From: Podarcis gaigeae
Taxonomy: Eukaryota
NCBI GenBank assembly: GCA_964106915.2
Contig: OZ066916.1
DNA: 64,000 nt
Strand: one strand, 5' to 3'
Shown here: in pieces, positions 62,338 through 64,000 of the stretch
How positions within the stretch are numbered: the stretch's first letter is position 1
Layout of the letters: each line of letters begins with the position of its first letter
The notes under the pieces: model-generated
What the model saw: only the letters and a program-made list of their open reading frames with translations
The model's database searches: none
Told to the model about the DNA's origin: nothing
Program-made: the position numbers and the translations under genes

Positions 62338-62508
62338 CATGAGCTTTTACACATTCAGCAAGGCAGTCTGATTCTTGAAGGAAGTTGTTTTCATTGCCTT
62401 TGCAGCCGCCATAGATGAAATGTATGCAAGTGCCAGAAAAAGCATCAAAATGCCAGCGAGGGAAATGGCCATTGCAGGGGCCAGCAGCAGGAGGCACCAA
62501 GCACAGCT
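62338..62508 (-). CDS. LRP11: LRP11 exon encoding a complete BPTI/Kunitz domain (171 nt, phase 1-1)
   Basis: cag|AG CTG TGC...CAT G|gtaata; six cysteines with canonical C-8-C-15-C-7-C-12-C-3-C spacing and FIYGGCKGNENNF. Confidence 0.9.
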
Positions 62509-63455
62509 CTGCGATTAAAGCAGGAAAAAGAAACTATAAACATGATGTCTTCTAAAGCATCTAAAAATAAGCCAGGGTTTAGCTTTTCTAAAGTTTGGTA
62601 CTTATTGCTTTAAGTATGTGATTTAATGGTTGTCACTATTTTAGAACACTTCAGTTTCTTAACTACGAAACTGATGGATTTTGTTTTTGCTTTAACATGC
62701 CTGACTACTTCTGCTCTTTCCGCATCAGTGGCTCGAACTGTGTCCATCTCACGTTATTAATTGAATCACAGCAGAAAAGGCAAAAGAGTAATTTGCAGGC
62801 AAAAGAAATCGGCTATGGAGACCATATGGCACCTATTAGAGCCAGATGCTGAGTGAAATGTGTATTGGAATATGCAGCAAAATGGGAAGAGGTATAGGCT
62901 CAGGGTCATTTTGACAATATTTCCCGTGTCTAAGATGAAGGTGTATCAGGTTACACCAGCCAAGGAAGACTTTCTATGTAGACCCTGGCACTCTGAATCT
63001 TGTGCAACACTATGAGGTTTGATAATTCAGAAATGCGGAATACAGCTCTAAATTTGCACATGACAGCAGTAAGAGTTATCAGAATTAACCAGGGTGAGAA
63101 CACGTTTTTACTCATAGAATACACAATGATAAATACTTCCATGATCAGAGATGTGGGTGGGAGGGAAAACAGTGCTTCTATGATCAGGCTCAGAACACGC
63201 AACATTTTCTTCAAATTTCATTGAGATCAATGGGCTTAAGTGTATTTAATTCTGCACCGGAGGGTGGTCTTTATTTTTGTCCAAGTTAGTCTTGCAAGTA
63301 CAGGTGCTTATCAACATAGTGTTGCCTGTATTGGTTATAAGTGCTTAGGAAGAGGCATACTGAGAACTATACTAATGCTGCAAAACATGACATCAAACTT
63401 GCACTGTGGTGGCAGTGTGCTAATGTCAGAGATATTTAAGGTACATTCATTATAC

Positions 63456-63659
63456 CTGGCATTAACCCAGTAATTTGTTTCTTTGGTCCCTGAGAGGATG
63501 ATTTGTTGATCTTCTCTGCATCAGATGCTTGATTGCTTACAGTAGTTTTCTGGGTGATTTCAAATGCAAGTTCCTTGTTGACATCATTAGTTTGTCCAAT
63601 GCTGTTTTGCTGGATGAAGCTAGTGGCTGGGTGAGTTATTGTCTTTTGTCCTGAAGTAA
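63456..63659 (-). CDS. LRP11: LRP11 Ser/Thr-rich stalk exon (204 nt, phase 1-1)
   Basis: cag|TT ACT TCA...CCA G|gtataa; open frame TSGQKTITHPATS...GPKKQITGLMP. Confidence 0.85.
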
Positions 63660-63693
63660 CTGAATAAATTAAAACACAGACATTGTCTTTATG

Positions 63694-63713
63694 GTGTGTG
63701 TGTGTGTGTGTGT
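63694..63713. repeat. (TG)n microsatellite
   Basis: Direct reading of the sequence. Confidence 0.85.
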
Positions 63714-63969
63714 ATATGTTGTTTAAACACTCAAATAATCAGATGACTGACACTGAGAATGCACTTTCAAAGGAGCTCACTTGCAATGCTGATCAGGAGA
63801 TTGCTGGTGACAGCAAGCCCCATTGAAATTTTCCATCTGCAGGTGTGATTTGAATTCAAACCCCTCCTGTCAACAGACATTTTTCCTCTGCAAGTCTGTA
63901 GAGGAAAAATGTCCATTTGAAGGTGCATAAGTAAAAGATGCATGAAAACTCAGTGTGCTGTTTACTCAC

Positions 63970-64000
63970 ATTTCTGACAAAAAGCTTCATCAGACCCATC
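63970..64000 (-). CDS. LRP11: LRP11 LDL-receptor class A exon, 3' end (cut by the window edge)
   Basis: GAT GGG TCT GAT GAA GCT TTT TGT CAG AAA T|gtgagt = DGSDEAFCQK, the LDLa DxSDE motif. Confidence 0.88.

Overview
Vertebrate genomic DNA, almost certainly from a squamate reptile (Sauria-SINE copies and the L2-type 3' tails suggest a lacertid-like lizard; this is an inference). The window holds the conserved gene block LATS1(-), NUP43(-), PCMT1(+), LRP11(-, 3' part only). I reconstructed the exons by hand from GT/AG boundaries and reading phase. LATS1 has 7 coding exons (3378 nt, 1125 aa). NUP43 has 8 exons (1119 nt, 372 aa). PCMT1 has 7 coding exons (684 nt, 227 aa) plus an alternative last exon. 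LRP11 contributes its last 4 exons and the end of the LDLa exon. Introns and UTRs carry Sauria SINEs, tRNA-derived SINEs, L2-like LINE fragments, hAT and Tc1/mariner MITEs with intact target-site duplications (TSDs), and a Penelope-like remnant. Most notable observations: (1) an intact, frame-symmetric Kunitz protease-inhibitor exon inside LRP11, a domain absent from human LRP11, giving a more HAI-1/SPINT1-like receptor; (2) a 67-codon in-frame N-terminal extension of PCMT1 with a hydrophobic helix, together with an alternative C-terminus reading RDEM instead of the mammalian RDEL; (3) a degenerate minimal hammerhead ribozyme in PCMT1 intron 3; (4) an overlapping uORF across the LATS1 start codon. 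No prokaryotic-type systems or CRISPR arrays are present. Comparisons to human genes are from memory and were not computed.
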